Source: Mobula hypostoma (taxonomy: Eukaryota). Taken from it: DNA of 64,000 nt. Location: assembly GCF_963921235.1 (NCBI RefSeq), contig NC_086108.1, positions 92,010,001 through 92,074,000 on the forward strand. Direction: 5' to 3'. Below, piece after piece: positions 26,246 through 38,205 of the stretch. Every line of letters begins with the position of its first letter. Within the stretch, counting starts at the first letter, position 1. Below the pieces are notes generated by a model. It worked only from the letters and a program-made list of their open reading frames with translations. It ran no database searches and was not told the origin of the DNA. Position numbers and translations under genes: made by a program.

Positions 26246-27659
26246 CTCTCTCTACCACCCGCAGGCACTTACCATTCTCTGTCTAAAAAAAATTTTAAAC
26301 TTTCCTCAACTCACCTTAAAAAAAAATCCTCTATACTAGGCATTGCTGCCCTGGGTAAAGGCGCTGGCTGCCTATAGCTCTCTATGCCTCTCATAACCTG
26401 TATATAAAAATAATATTTTAAAAATTCTCTGTCAAGTCACCTCACATCCTCCTTCGCTCCAAAGAGAAAAGCTCTAGCTCCCTCATTCTTTCAACATAAG
26501 ACAGGAATGCTTTGTTCGTGAGAACTTTAATGCAGATAACACCCAGTAGAAGTGTCCAAAGTAGATTGTTCAGAATGCAGCATTGATTTAATACCAGCAC
26601 CATGTTGGATCCTTACATTTCAGTGAACACTGACTCTTAATTTCAACTCAGTCTCCTGAAAGGTGAATACATTTCTGCAGCAAGAAGAAACCTCACCCTG
26701 TATCAGATGACCATCCCCCATCCTGCCCCTCGTACCAGCTCCTGTTCCCCCCCCCCACTGCCCCCATCCAACCAGAGATCTTCATTTTGTTGCTACAATG
26801 ATATAGGAATCTGATGCTAATTTCCACACAAGGTGGTTTTCCTGGTACTGGTATGTTAGTCCTGTCTTCAAAGGTTTTTCAGATGCCAGGGACTCTCTTC
26901 CACATGAACATCAGTAGGGATCTCCCTTCGAATATATCTTGCACCAAACCATTCCCAGGAATAAATTTACACAAAACAAATCAGCATCTGACTTTTCATC
27001 AAAGGGATAAGATTCAGATTATGTTCCCTTCTCCCACTGACGGACCACGATCAGTACAAACACATGAAGGAAAATCAAAAGAATTTAGCCTTTGAAAATA
27101 ATAAGTTACATAAAGGCATACTCACTCTCCAAGTATTACAATAATTATACATTATATCTATAAAGTAACTTTATAAAACAAATGACCATGCACTTTATTG
27201 AATCCAAACATGAATACCTAAGAGAAAGAGTTGAAAGAGAGAGAGTGATTAGAGAAATTAGCTTTACTTGTCACATGTACATCGAAACATAGAGTGAAAT
27301 GTGTCATTTCGTCTCAGATCAAATCAGCAAGGATTGTGCTGTGCAGCCCTCCGGCGCCAAAGTAGCACGCCCACAACTCACTAACCTTAACCATACACCT
27401 TTGGAGTGTGGGAGGAAATCAGAGCACCCGGAGGAAACCCCCATGGTCATGGGGAGAAAGCACAACTCCATGCAGTAGCTGAAATTGAACTTCATTCGTG
27501 CTGACTACTATGCTACACTTTTCTGTTCATGTAATCCAACAGCTTCCCATCTGGAAAGTAATTGAAAGTACAGTGCCTGTGAGCTGAAGGAAATAACATC
27601 AAATATAAGTGGTAAAAATATAGCTTTTCACTTACTGAATAAACCTTATTAGAAGTACT

Positions 27660-28278
27660 AGATTAGATTATGAGGACACGCAGTCCTCTTTTATTGTCAT
27701 TTAGTAATGCATGCATTAAGAAATGATACAATATTCCTCCAGTGTGATATCACAGAAACACAGGACAGACCAAGACTGAAAAACTGACAAAAACCACATA
27801 ATTATAACATATAGTTACAACAGTGCAAGCAATACCGTAACTTGATGAAGAACAGGCCATGGGCATGGTAAAAAAAAGTTCAAAGTCTCTCGAAAGTCCC
27901 ACATCTCACACAGACGGGAGAAGGAAGAAAACTCTCCCTGCCATGCCCGACCACAGTCCGACTCTGAGTCGTCCGAAAACTTTGAGCCTCCGACCAGCCC
28001 TCCGACACCCAGCACCGAGCACCATCTCTGCCGAGCACTTCGACCCCAGCTCCGGCCACCAGCAGCAGGCAAAGCTGAGGATTTGGGTCCTTCCCTCCAG
28101 AGATTCTCGATTGCACAGTAGCAGCAGCAGAGAACCGGGCATTTCAAAAGTTTCTCCTGATGTTCCTCCGGGCACCTTATGGCTGTCTCCATCAAATCAG
28201 AATTGTGCACGGTACCCTATTTAACAAACCTGGAGAGGCTGCACGCGCTGCGTCGTGCCGCCATCTTCTCCTCCCTCC
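27660..28278 (-). mobile_element. Young non-autonomous LINE-derived element (5'UTR plus 3' tail)
   Basis: Minus-strand 5' end ggagggaggagAAGATGGCGG; CpG-rich; aataaa and (taatc)n tail; no RT ORF. Confidence 0.6.
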
Positions 28279-28319
28279 TATACAGTAATTATTCAGTAAG
28301 TGAAAAATGATTACTTATT

Positions 28320-28461
28320 TCAAATTTGCTGGTGAACGCAGCAGGCCAGGCAGCATCTCTAGGAAGAGGTACAGTCGACGTTTCGGGCCGAGACCCTTCG
28401 TCCTGACCAGCAAATTTGATGTGTGTTGCTTGAATTTCCAGCATCTGCAGAATTCCTCGTT
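28320..28461. mobile_element. Palindromic Penelope-like insertion E
   Basis: Arms 28320-28402 and 28406-28461; 10 bp TSD attacttatt at 28310-28319 and 28462-28471. Confidence 0.85.
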
Positions 28462-28564
28462 ATTACTTATTACTATGTTTCCATGTATATTACGCTGCTA
28501 TTGCAGTACTTGCAGTTTTCTGATTATCTTGGGAGACATAGAGTGATGGTATCAAGGAATACAG

Positions 28565-29462
28565 ATCAACCTTCATTGAGAGGTCAGCAGTGGAAAGGTG
28601 AGCAGTTCCAAGTTCCTGAGTGTCAAAATCTCTGAAGATTTACCCTGGGCTCAACATATTGATGCAATTACAAAGAAGGCATGTCAGCAGTTATGTTTCA
28701 TTAGGAGTTTGAGGTGTGTCACCAAAGACTCGAGCAAATTTCTACAGCTGCATCATGGAGAGCATTCTACGTGATTGTATCACTGTCTGGTATGGACAGG
28801 ATCGGAAAAATCTGCAGAGTTTGCAAACTCAGCCAACTCCACCATTCAAGTTCAAGTATAATTCAAAATGCATGTAGTAAAGGACAGCACAGGTAACAGT
28901 AAACGGTAAACCGTACAGTAAACAGCTTGCTGTCCTAGTTACGAGACCTCGGTGGTGGCAGGGTATTCATTAGTCTCACAGCCTAGCGAAGAAGCTGTTA
29001 TCCACTTTGGCCGTCCTAGGGCTGATCCTGCTGCTCCCCTTCCTTCCTGAAGAAAGTGGGTCAAATCTTGTTAGTTGGTCGGAAGGAATCCTCGAAAAAG
29101 ATTTGTGCCCTTCATCTGCAGCATTCCTGGTGAATGTCACAAATAGGGAGGAGGGAGACCCCGATTATCATAGGCACGAGCCTCCCCAGCATCAAGGACA
29201 TCTTCAAAAGGCAATGCCTCAAAAAGGCGGCATCTAGCATCAAGGACACCCGTCACGCAGGACGTGCCCTCTTCTCATTGCGACCATCAGGGAGGTGATA
29301 CAGGAGCCTGAAGACACACACTCAACATTTCAGGGACAGCTTCTTCCCTCCACCTCAGATTTGTGAGCAGATAATGAACCAGCTCACTACTTTTGCTCTC
29401 CTTTTACACTTCTTGTTTAATTTAATTTTGCAAAACAACAAATTTCACAGCATATGCCAATG
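28565..29462 (+). mobile_element. Rex1-like LINE fragment interrupted by an opposite-strand Rex1-like piece (~28845-29165)
   Basis: Homologous to 11265-11992. Confidence 0.8.
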
Positions 29463-29464
29463 AT

Positions 29465-29976
29465 ACTTTATACTTCATACTTTATTGTCGCCAAACAATT
29501 GATACTAGAGTGTACAATCATCACAGCGATATTTGATTCTGCTTTTCGTGCTCCCTGGAGTACAAATCGATAGTAAATATTAAAAATTTAAATCATAAAC
29601 CATAAATAGAAAATAGAAAAGGGAAAGTAAGGTAGTGCAAAAAAACTGAGGCAGATCTGGATATTTGGAGGGTACGGCCCAGATCCGGGTCAGGATCCGA
29701 TCAGCAGTCTTATCACAGTTGGAAAGAAGCTGTTCCCAAATCTGGCTGTACGAGTCTTCAAGCTCCTGAGCCTTCTCCCGAAGGGAAGACGGACGAGGGA
29801 TGAAAAGTGTGTTGGCTGGGTGGGTCGTGTCCTTGAATATCCTGGCGGCACTGCTCTAACAGCATGCGGTGTAAAGTGAGTCCAAAGATGGAAGATTGGT
29901 TTGTGTGATGTGCTGGGCTATGTTCATGATCTTCTTCCGGTCTTGGACAGGACAACTTCCATACCAGGTTGTGATA
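29465..29976 (-). mobile_element. Rex1-like LINE 3' fragment
   Basis: ggaaagaagctgttcc...ccataccaggttgtgat is the reverse of an ITTWY...NSFFP region. Confidence 0.75.
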
Positions 29977-30429
29977 CTGAGTCTGATTCTCATTATAGCA
30001 GCCCAGTTCTCAAAACATGTATATTTTCTTAAACCGATCAGGTTAAGTGGAAGCCTGCCGCTTATGTTGTACCATCTGGACCGAAACTGGCGAAGAATCA
30101 GATTTGATCTTGGAATCCACTGGAAAAATTACAGGCTCCAGATGGAGGTCATAGGCTTGGATTTCCATGGAGTTTTCCAAATGAAATCAATGGAGCTTGA
30201 TTTTCCAGATGGTCTCTGTTGTATCTACAGTGGAGCATCACCCAAGAGAAATATGTAAATGAACTCAGTGCTGTTTCTCAGCCAAAGATCTTCTGCTAAA
30301 GTTGCAGAAGAACTTCCAAGCATCTAGCTACAAGTATCAGCTTTCTACTTAGCATACACCCTAAGGTTGCTCTTATCAAAGATGTTACAAATAGTTATAA
30401 TCAATAAAAGCTCCACTAATCATATTTTA

Positions 30430-31225
30430 AGATTCAAGATTCAAGATTCAAAAAACTTTATTGTCATTCTAACCATACATCGGCTCTGCAGGGCAGAATG
30501 AGACAGCGTTTCTCAGGGGCAGTGCAATCATAACATAACAAACGCAACACTAAATAATAAACATAACAATAAATAGTAAAACACAACAGCCACATGTCAG
30601 TTAAAATCAGTTATAAGTGTCCAGTGCAAGTTAAAAGTGTCCAAAGCAGAGTCAGGTGGAGCAGCTATTTAGCAGTCTGACTGCCTGTGGGAGGAAGCTG
30701 TTTAGTAGCCTTGTGGTTTTAGTTTTGATGCTCCTGTAACGTTTGCCTGATGGCAGAAGAACAAACAGTTCATGGAGAGGGTGTGAGGGGTCTTTAATGA
30801 TGTACCGTGTCTTCTGGAGGCATCGACTCTGAAAGAGGTCTTGGACAGAAGGTAGGGAGACCCCAATAACCTTCTCTGCTCTCCTCACCACCCTCTGCAA
30901 GGCTTTTTTGTCGACAGCACTGCAGCTGGAGTACCAGGTTGTGATGCAAAAGGTCAGCACACTCTCAACCACGCCTCTGTAGAATGTAGTTAAGATGATA
31001 GTGGGGAGTGATGCTTGTTTAAGCTTCCTCAGAAAGTGCAATCTCTGCTGGGCCCATTTGACAATCCCAGTGGTGTTCCTGGACCAGGTGAGATTGTCTG
31101 AGATCTGCACCCCAAGGAACTTGATGTTTTCCACTCTCTCCATTGTGGAGCCACTGATGCTGAGGGGTGTGTGCTCAGGCTGAGACCGTCTGAAATCGAC
31201 GATCATCTCCTTGGTTTTGGTGACA
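30430..31225 (-). mobile_element. Young Rex1/Babar-like LINE, 5'-truncated, open RT C-terminus
   Basis: ORF 30652-31299 (TKTKEMIVDFRR...KFLGVQISDNLTWS...LPSGKRYRSI...NSFLPQAVRLLN); (tcttga)n tail. Confidence 0.92.
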
Positions 31226-34200
31226 GTTGCTGAACCCGCTAGGTCATTCAAACTCAAAAATAAACCATCATAAGCAGAATTTCCTCTCACTAGAGTCAAC
31301 TAGCAACCAACTGAATGTTAGCACTGCAGTACCTCTTACAGAATGTTTACAGCACCAGACTGAGAATATCTGCACCATTGATCAGTACACTTTGATTCTC
31401 TTTAGGAACCCATGGTTAGAGACGTTAGTGATGGGAAAAATAAACTTTTCCTTTGCTTGCACCATTGCAATAGCAATCACTTCCAGCTGGTCAGAAACAG
31501 AATAAAGTTCTTCCCTATGAACGTTCCTTAGCTGTTTTCTGGGCCGTAGCAACCTACAGCAGCCAGAAGGGATATGGGTCAGGTGATTTGTGGGGAGGAA
31601 AATTAAGAAAAATAGGAAATAAATGACCCTTAAAACCATGGAAAAGTAGCACTTCCAGCTGCACCAATCGATTTCCAAACCAACTGAACCCATTCTAGTA
31701 CCCGATCTGAATTAAGCTGCCAGTTAGTCTTGAATTATAGGCAGTTTTTAGTGCTGTGAAATCAGCATCAGAAAGAATTGAATTGTTACTGTCCAGAGAA
31801 GAGACTTTAATTCAATCAGCCACGGTTAGATTAAAACCAAGAACCCAGAGGCAGAAGAAAAACATTAGTTTAACCCACCACACCATCCAAACCCAGAAAT
31901 AAATGATCGTAAGCTGAGTTTTATCTCATCAGATTCATCTCAGTAACTAATTCTATGTTCAGCCTGCAGTGGCTGTTACAGCACACTGACAACCTGAGCT
32001 TTTGCTCAGCATTTTACCTCACCTTTGAGATATAACAACTTAAAATAGGATAGCAACTTACCTCTTCCCTGCTTCGCCATACATTGCAAGCTAGCTACCA
32101 CTCACACCCTGAAACCTGTGTGAATTCTGAGTCAAATAATTGTGTAGCATTGAGCTGCATTTTTGTTTGCATACCCATTCCTTCAGTGTAACCACTTATT
32201 TCTAGCTCGGGTTTAAAAACTTCTTATAAGATAATGGTACGCTTGGTCACCGCAGCCTCTCAGGATCCAACAAATGGTACAAATGTGCATATTAAACATT
32301 TTTTTTCTAATCACAAGACCCTGTTGGATGTTGGGAATATATAATACTACAAGTCCAGTTCATTTGTTCATTGGTGAGACATGGTAAGGGAGTTGCGTGG
32401 CCTTAGTTGGTGCATGGACCATGCTCTCATGCTGCGATGTCACCTTTTAAAGTCACCCACGGGAGGAGGCACTGGAGGTGGTGTGGGAGAGAGCTGAAAT
32501 GCAGCAGACATGCCAGAATCCATGCTGGGTTGGGAGCTGGCTCCTGTAGGCTGGCTCTCCTGTTGGTGCTGCTCTCTGGTGTTTATTCCCTGGAAGACAA
32601 GCTGGATTGCATCTGTCTGCGGATGCCCAGAGCAAGATGAAGAATTGCTGTGTGCTTGTTCTTGCAGAAACATGGCTTCAGGACGACATCCCATGCACTA
32701 TCAATCTTCAGGCCACTCAGAGACTTGTGTTGATATTATTTTTGTGACTGTATGCACTATCGTTACAAATGTGTTGTGTCCCGTATGTGACTATGTACTA
32801 TGTTTAGCACCTTGGTTCCATAGGAACATTGTTTTGTTTAGCTGTATACATGTGTATGGTTGAATGACAATTAAACTGGAACTTGATTCTGAACTATCAT
32901 CCATTCCATTGTTCTCTCTAGTCTTTGCTTTTCCAGCACATGCCTGACCAGACCTTCATTTTCTGCCTTCTCTTCACTTATCCAAAACTCTGCTACCGAT
33001 CATAGAGTCGGAGACGTACAGCATGGAAGCAAGTCTTTCAGCCATTGACCCTAAACACCCCACTTACATTTACTCTACTTTATTCCCATTTTTCCTTCTC
33101 TTCAAGTACTCATCAACCTCCAAACACAAGAGATTCTGCAGATGCTAGAAGTCCAGTATAACACACACAAAGTGCTGAGAGAACTCAGCAGATCAAGCAA
33201 CATCTATGGAGAGGAATGGACAGTCAACATTTTGGGCCAAGAACCTTCATCATCTTCCCTTAGTTGTCACACTAGAGACAACTTATAATGGTCAATAAAC
33301 ATACCAACCCACATGTCTTTGAGAAGTGGAGGGAAAATAGAGCACCCAGAAGAAACTCACGTGGTCACAGGGAGAACATGCAAACTCTAAACCGACAACA
33401 TTTGAGCTCAGGATTGATTCTGGGTTCCTGGCCCTGTGAGTTGGTGGCTCAACTAGATCTACCTCTGTACCACCCTGTATTTTAACTTCATCTAAGATTT
33501 ATTAAGCTTGTTGATTTAACTTGCTGATGTTTAATCTCTCCATTTCCATCAAACAGAACACATCTGGACTTTCCTGCTGCTCCAAATCTGAACTTTGTGT
33601 GGTGACATGAATTCAATCAATTCACGTTTTGTCACCATACTTGACTCTAAACTCTAGACCTCCTTATTTATAATTCATACTCAGATTGATCACATGTATG
33701 TAGAATCATGTACAAAGTGCTGGAGGAACTCAGCAGGTCAGGCAGCATCTGTAGAAATTAATAAGCAGTCGCCGTTTCGGGCTGAGACCCTTCTTCAGGA
33801 CTCATTTGTATTAGCAACCAACACAACCTAAGAATGCGCTGGGGCAGCCCACAGGTGCCACCACACATGCCAGTGCTAACATAGAATGCCCACCATGTTT
33901 ACAGAACAACACAAGCAACAACTAAAACAACAATAGAACAGCAGCACAACAACAGCTAAAAAAAAGCCTCCATTCCCCCCTCCCACCCACCCACACATTG
34001 TTTGCTTATTACCTCTCCCTCTCTTTTTTAATATGCCAGATCAAAAGGTGCCTCCTTGGCCGAGTCTTTGATCATCTGTCATATCTCTCTCAGTGATCAG
34101 GTATCAAATTATTACTCCCATTAAGTGCCCCAAGGTATTTCATTAAGTTAATGGAGCAGTACAATGCAAATTGTTGTTGCAGTGGTTGTCATAAAATAGA

Positions 34201-34874
34201 ATTGTACGTGCATCCTGTATCTCCTTTAGGCAATCTCTCAGATTCATAAGTGCATTCTGTGTCGGAAAGAACCAACTGGATATTATTTGTTCTTGAAATT
34301 ACTCCTCTAGAGGATCTAGTCTGAAGTATGGAAGCAATAAATTATAACCTCCAAAACAAGCATGTATTTGAAAATACATAAAATATCTTTGATTTAATGT
34401 TCCAGTTCAATGATTTATTTTGAAATCATGCCTAACTACTTCCATTGCTTTCTTCCTCCCTGTCACCTTACCTAACTAGGGGGCCACTTCACAAGCCATT
34501 TCTCAGCAAACTAATCTTAAAATAATGGAGATAAAGACTCTGACACTTGGCTTATCTGTGTATTGTTCTGATGAGTTTTAAATGATGTGGGTCCCCTGTG
34601 GTGATCTGAATCATCAGAGTTATTGCAGGAAAAGGAGACACCTGTGGAGCACTGACTCGATCTGACTTTCTTAATTTATTCTTTTTGTTTTAGATATATG
34701 GCACAACACAGGCCCTCCCTGCCCAATGAGCCCACCCCACCTAATTACAAGCATGTGACCAATTAACCTATAACCCAAACAACAGGAATTCTGCAGATGC
34801 TGGAAATTCAAGCAACACACATCAAAGTTGCTGGTGAACGCAGCAGGCCAAGCAGCATCTATAGGAAGAGGCGC

Positions 34875-34910
34875 AGTCGACGTTTCAGGCCGAGACCCTT
34901 CGTCAGGACT
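34875..34910 (-). ncRNA. Minimal type-I hammerhead ribozyme motif
   Basis: Intact CTGACGA / GAAA / GTC core with stems I and II on the minus strand. Confidence 0.85.
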
Positions 34911-35390
34911 AACTGAAGGAAGAGTGAGTAAGGGATTTGAAAGCTGGAGGGGGAGGGGGAGATGCAAAATGATAGGAGAAGACAGGAGGGGGAGGGATAG
35001 AGCCGAGAGCTGGACAGGTGATAGGCAAAAGGGGATACGAGAGGATCATGGGACAGGAGGTCCGGGAAGAAAGACAAGGGGGGGGGTGACCCAGAGGATG
35101 GGCAAGAGGTATATTCAGAGGGACAGAGGGAGAAAAAGGAGAGTGAGAGAAAGAATGTGTGCATAAAAATGAGTAACAGATGGGGTACGAGGGGGAGGTG
35201 GGGCCTAGCGGAAGTTAGAGAAGTCAATGTTCATGCCATCAGGTTGGAGGCTACCCAGACGGAATATAAGGTGTTGTTCCTCCAACCTGAGTGTGGCTTC
35301 ATCTTTACAGTAGAGAAGGCCGTGGATAGACATGTCAGAATGGGAATGGGATGTGGAATTAAAATGTGTGGCCACTGGGAGATCCTGCTT

Positions 35391-35632
35391 CCCGACGCAG
35401 ACTGGGAGACCGCTTTGCTGAACATCTACGCTCTGTCCGCCAGAGAAAGCAGGATCTCCCAGTGGCCACACATTTTAATTCCACATCCCATTCCCATTCT
35501 GACATGTCTATCCACGGCCTCCTCTACTGTAAAGATGAAGCCACACTCAGGTTGGAGGAACAACACCTTATATTCCGTCTGGGTAGCCTCCAACCTGATG
35601 GCATGAACATTGACTTCTCTAACTTCCGCTAG
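35391..35632 (+). pseudogene. C-terminal part of the PLE GIY-YIG endonuclease domain
   Basis: RRRLGDRFAEHLRSV...PVATHFN...RLEEQHLIFRLGSLQPDGMN; mirrored at 35205-35390 on the minus strand. Confidence 0.88.
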
Positions 35633-35933
35633 GCCCCACCTCCCCCTCGTACCCCATCTGTTACTCATTTTTATGCACACATTCTTTCTCTCACTCTCCT
35701 TTTTCTCCCTCTGTCCCTCTGAATATACCTCTTGCCCATCCTCTGGGTCACCCCCCCCCCCCGTCTTTCTTCCCGGACCTCCTGTCCCATGATCCTCTCG
35801 TATCCCCTTTTGCCTATCACCTGTCCAGCTCTCGGCTCTATCCCTCCCCCTCCTGTCTTCTCCTATCATTTTGCATCTCCCCCTCCCCCTCCCCCTCCAG
35901 CTTTCAAATCCCTTACTCACTCTTCCTTCAGTT

Positions 35934-35969
35934 AGTCCTGACGAAGGGTCTCGGCCTGAAACGTCGACT
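35934..35969 (+). ncRNA. Minimal type-I hammerhead ribozyme motif
   Basis: agtc CTGACGA agggtctcggcct GAAA cGTC gact. Confidence 0.85.
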
Positions 35970-36444
35970 GCGCCTCTTCCTATAGATGCTGCTTGGCCTG
36001 CTGCGTTCACCAGCAACTTTGATGTGTGTTGCTGTAACCTATAACCCATACATCTTTGGAATGTGGGAGGAACCGGCAGGAAAGCCGCATGGTCGCAGGA
36101 AGAGCATACAAACACTTTACAGTCAGTGGTGGGAATTGAACCTGATTCGCTGGCACTATCATTGTTTTATGCTAGTTGCTGTACTACCATGCCACCCCTT
36201 TCCTTGAAAGAAAATTCAAAGGAACTAGGAGGCTTGAGCAGAATCAGGAGAAAACAAGAAATCATATTTTTTAAATAAATTCTCTTATCCGGAACCCCAA
36301 AGGGGACAATAACAAATTAATTCTAGCATTATGTACAGTTGGCATGTGTTGACCAAACTTACCATTGCAAAGAACTGCTGGCCCTCCCACTAAAAATAGA
36401 TCATGTCTTTTCACCTTGGGGGTGTGCAATGGTCTCTCCTGCAC

Positions 36445-37000
36445 AAAGTTCAAAGTAAATTTATTATGGAAGTCCATATACTACTTTGAAATACATTTTC
36501 TTGTGAGCATTCACAGTGAATACAAAGAAACTTAATATAATCAATGAAAACTGCACGCAAAGAAGGACTAACAACCAATTTGCAAAAGACAGCAAATTAT
36601 GCAAATGCAAGAAGAAAAACAAAATAGTAATAATAGATAAATAAATCATAAATAATATTGAGATCATGAGTTGTACAGTTCTTGAAAGTGAGTCCACAGA
36701 TCGTGGAATCAGTTCAGTGTTGGGGTAAGTGAAGTTATCTATCCTGATTCAAGAGCCTGATGGTTGAGGAGACCCTGAATCTGGTGGTGTGGGACCCAAC
36801 GCTCCTGAACCTCCTTCCAGATGGCAGCAGCAAGGACAGAGCATGGCCTGGAAGGTGGGGTCCTTGACAGTGGATGCTGCTCTCTTGCTACAGCACTCCT
36901 TATGGATGATTGCACAGAAGAGGACCGAGTTAAAAATTGTATTGCCACCCAACAGGGAGAGGAATGATGAGCTTGGCAGATGAGCAGGAGATTACAGGAA
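36445..37000 (-). mobile_element. Rex1-like LINE 3' fragment
   Basis: CCSKRAASTVKDP; aataaatttactttgaactt tail on the minus strand. Confidence 0.8.
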
Positions 37001-37349
37001 AGGCGAAGAAAGCACACATTATATATTGGTGGTACTAATAGTGGAGTTGTTTAGAGTTTTAATGTTGATGGATATAACAAAGGAACGCTCAAAGGAGGAG
37101 GAAAGACACCAGATAAAGTTTTAAAAAATGGGGGAAAGGAGTTTCTCATCATACTCTTGCTGGGAATATTTGATCATTGAAACTCTCCCTGCAGGAAGTA
37201 TAATTCCTTAACATGATCATCTCACAACTCACCTCCACTCATCCTAGAACCCCTGCACAAGTGCAAAATCTTGTGAGCCCTTTTTTAAAAGTGGCATCAC
37301 TTTGTCAGATCGATGCCCCTGAAGTAAAACTAATAGTTATATTTAATTG

Positions 37350-37561
37350 CAAACAACAGGAATTCTGCAGATGCTAGAAATTCAAGCAACACACATCAAA
37401 GTTGCTGGTGAACGCAGCAGGCCAGGCAGCATCTGTAGGAAGAGGTGCAGTCGACGTTTGTTAGTCCTGACGAAGGGTCTCGGCCTGAAACGTCGACTGC
37501 ACCTCTTCCTACAGATGCTGCCTGGCCTGCTGCGTTCACCAGCAACTTTGATGTGTGTTGT
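37350..37561. mobile_element. Palindromic Penelope-like insertion C
   Basis: Arms 37351-37459 and 37460-37560; 16 bp TSD tagttatatttaattg at 37334-37349 and 37562-37577. Confidence 0.92.
37463..37498 (+). ncRNA. Minimal type-I hammerhead ribozyme motif
   Basis: agtc CTGACGA agggtctcggcct GAAA cGTC gact. Confidence 0.85.
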
Positions 37562-37781
37562 TAGTTATATTTAATTGAACGTAGCCATTGGACAATATTA
37601 CTAAACTGAGGGGCATTGCTTCAGTATTTACTTGAGCCAAATCCAAAGATAATAGTCTGCGTAATGATATTTTAGCAATCTTGTATTGATTTTCTAATCT
37701 TTATATCTGTTTTGATTGCAATTAATTTATACAGATCATTGTTTTCTATACTGTTTCAATGAAAGGAATGGAAAAAAATCA

Positions 37782-38205
37782 GGCACCACTGAGCACATCT
37801 ACAAGGAGCAATGCCACCAGAAATCCACATCCGCCATCAAGGACCCCCACCGTCCAGGCCATGCACTCTTATCGCTACTGGCATCAGGAAGGAGGTACAG
37901 GAGCTTTAGGTTCCATGTCACCAGGTTCAGGGACAGTTATTATCCTTCAACCATCAGGCTCCTGACTCAGAGTGGATAACTTCACTCAACATTGAACTGA
38001 TTCTGCAACTTATGGGCTCACTTTCAAGATCTCTGTAACTCACGTTCTCTGTATCATTTATTTCTTGATTTTTTTTTTGTATTTACAAAGTTTGTCTTTT
38101 ACACATTGATCGATTATTAGTCATTGTGTGTAGTTTTTCATTGATTCCATTATACTTCTTTGTTCTACAGTGAATGCCTGCAAAAAATGAATCTCAGGGT
38201 AGCAT
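37782..38205 (+). mobile_element. Rex1-like LINE 3' fragment
   Basis: IKDPHRPGHALLSLLASGRRYRS...RFRDSYYPSTIRLL. Confidence 0.85.

Larger units (their letters stand above)
34778..36034. mobile_element. Large palindromic Penelope-like insertion B
   Basis: 34811-35390 is a near-perfect reverse complement of 35447-36033; 14 bp TSD taacctataaccca at 34764-34777 and 36035-36048; inserted into a V-SINE. Confidence 0.95.

Noticed and set aside
28373..28408. Functional hammerhead in insertions E and D
   Set aside because: The inversion junction removes the CUGA core in E and most of the motif in D.
34778..36034. Palindrome as an assembly or chimeric-read artefact
   Set aside because: It has a 14 bp TSD, small differences between arms, an asymmetric tail, and four smaller analogs in the same window.
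35426..36115. 229 aa minus-strand ORF
   Set aside because: It is the antisense reading of the low-complexity PLE 3'UTR.
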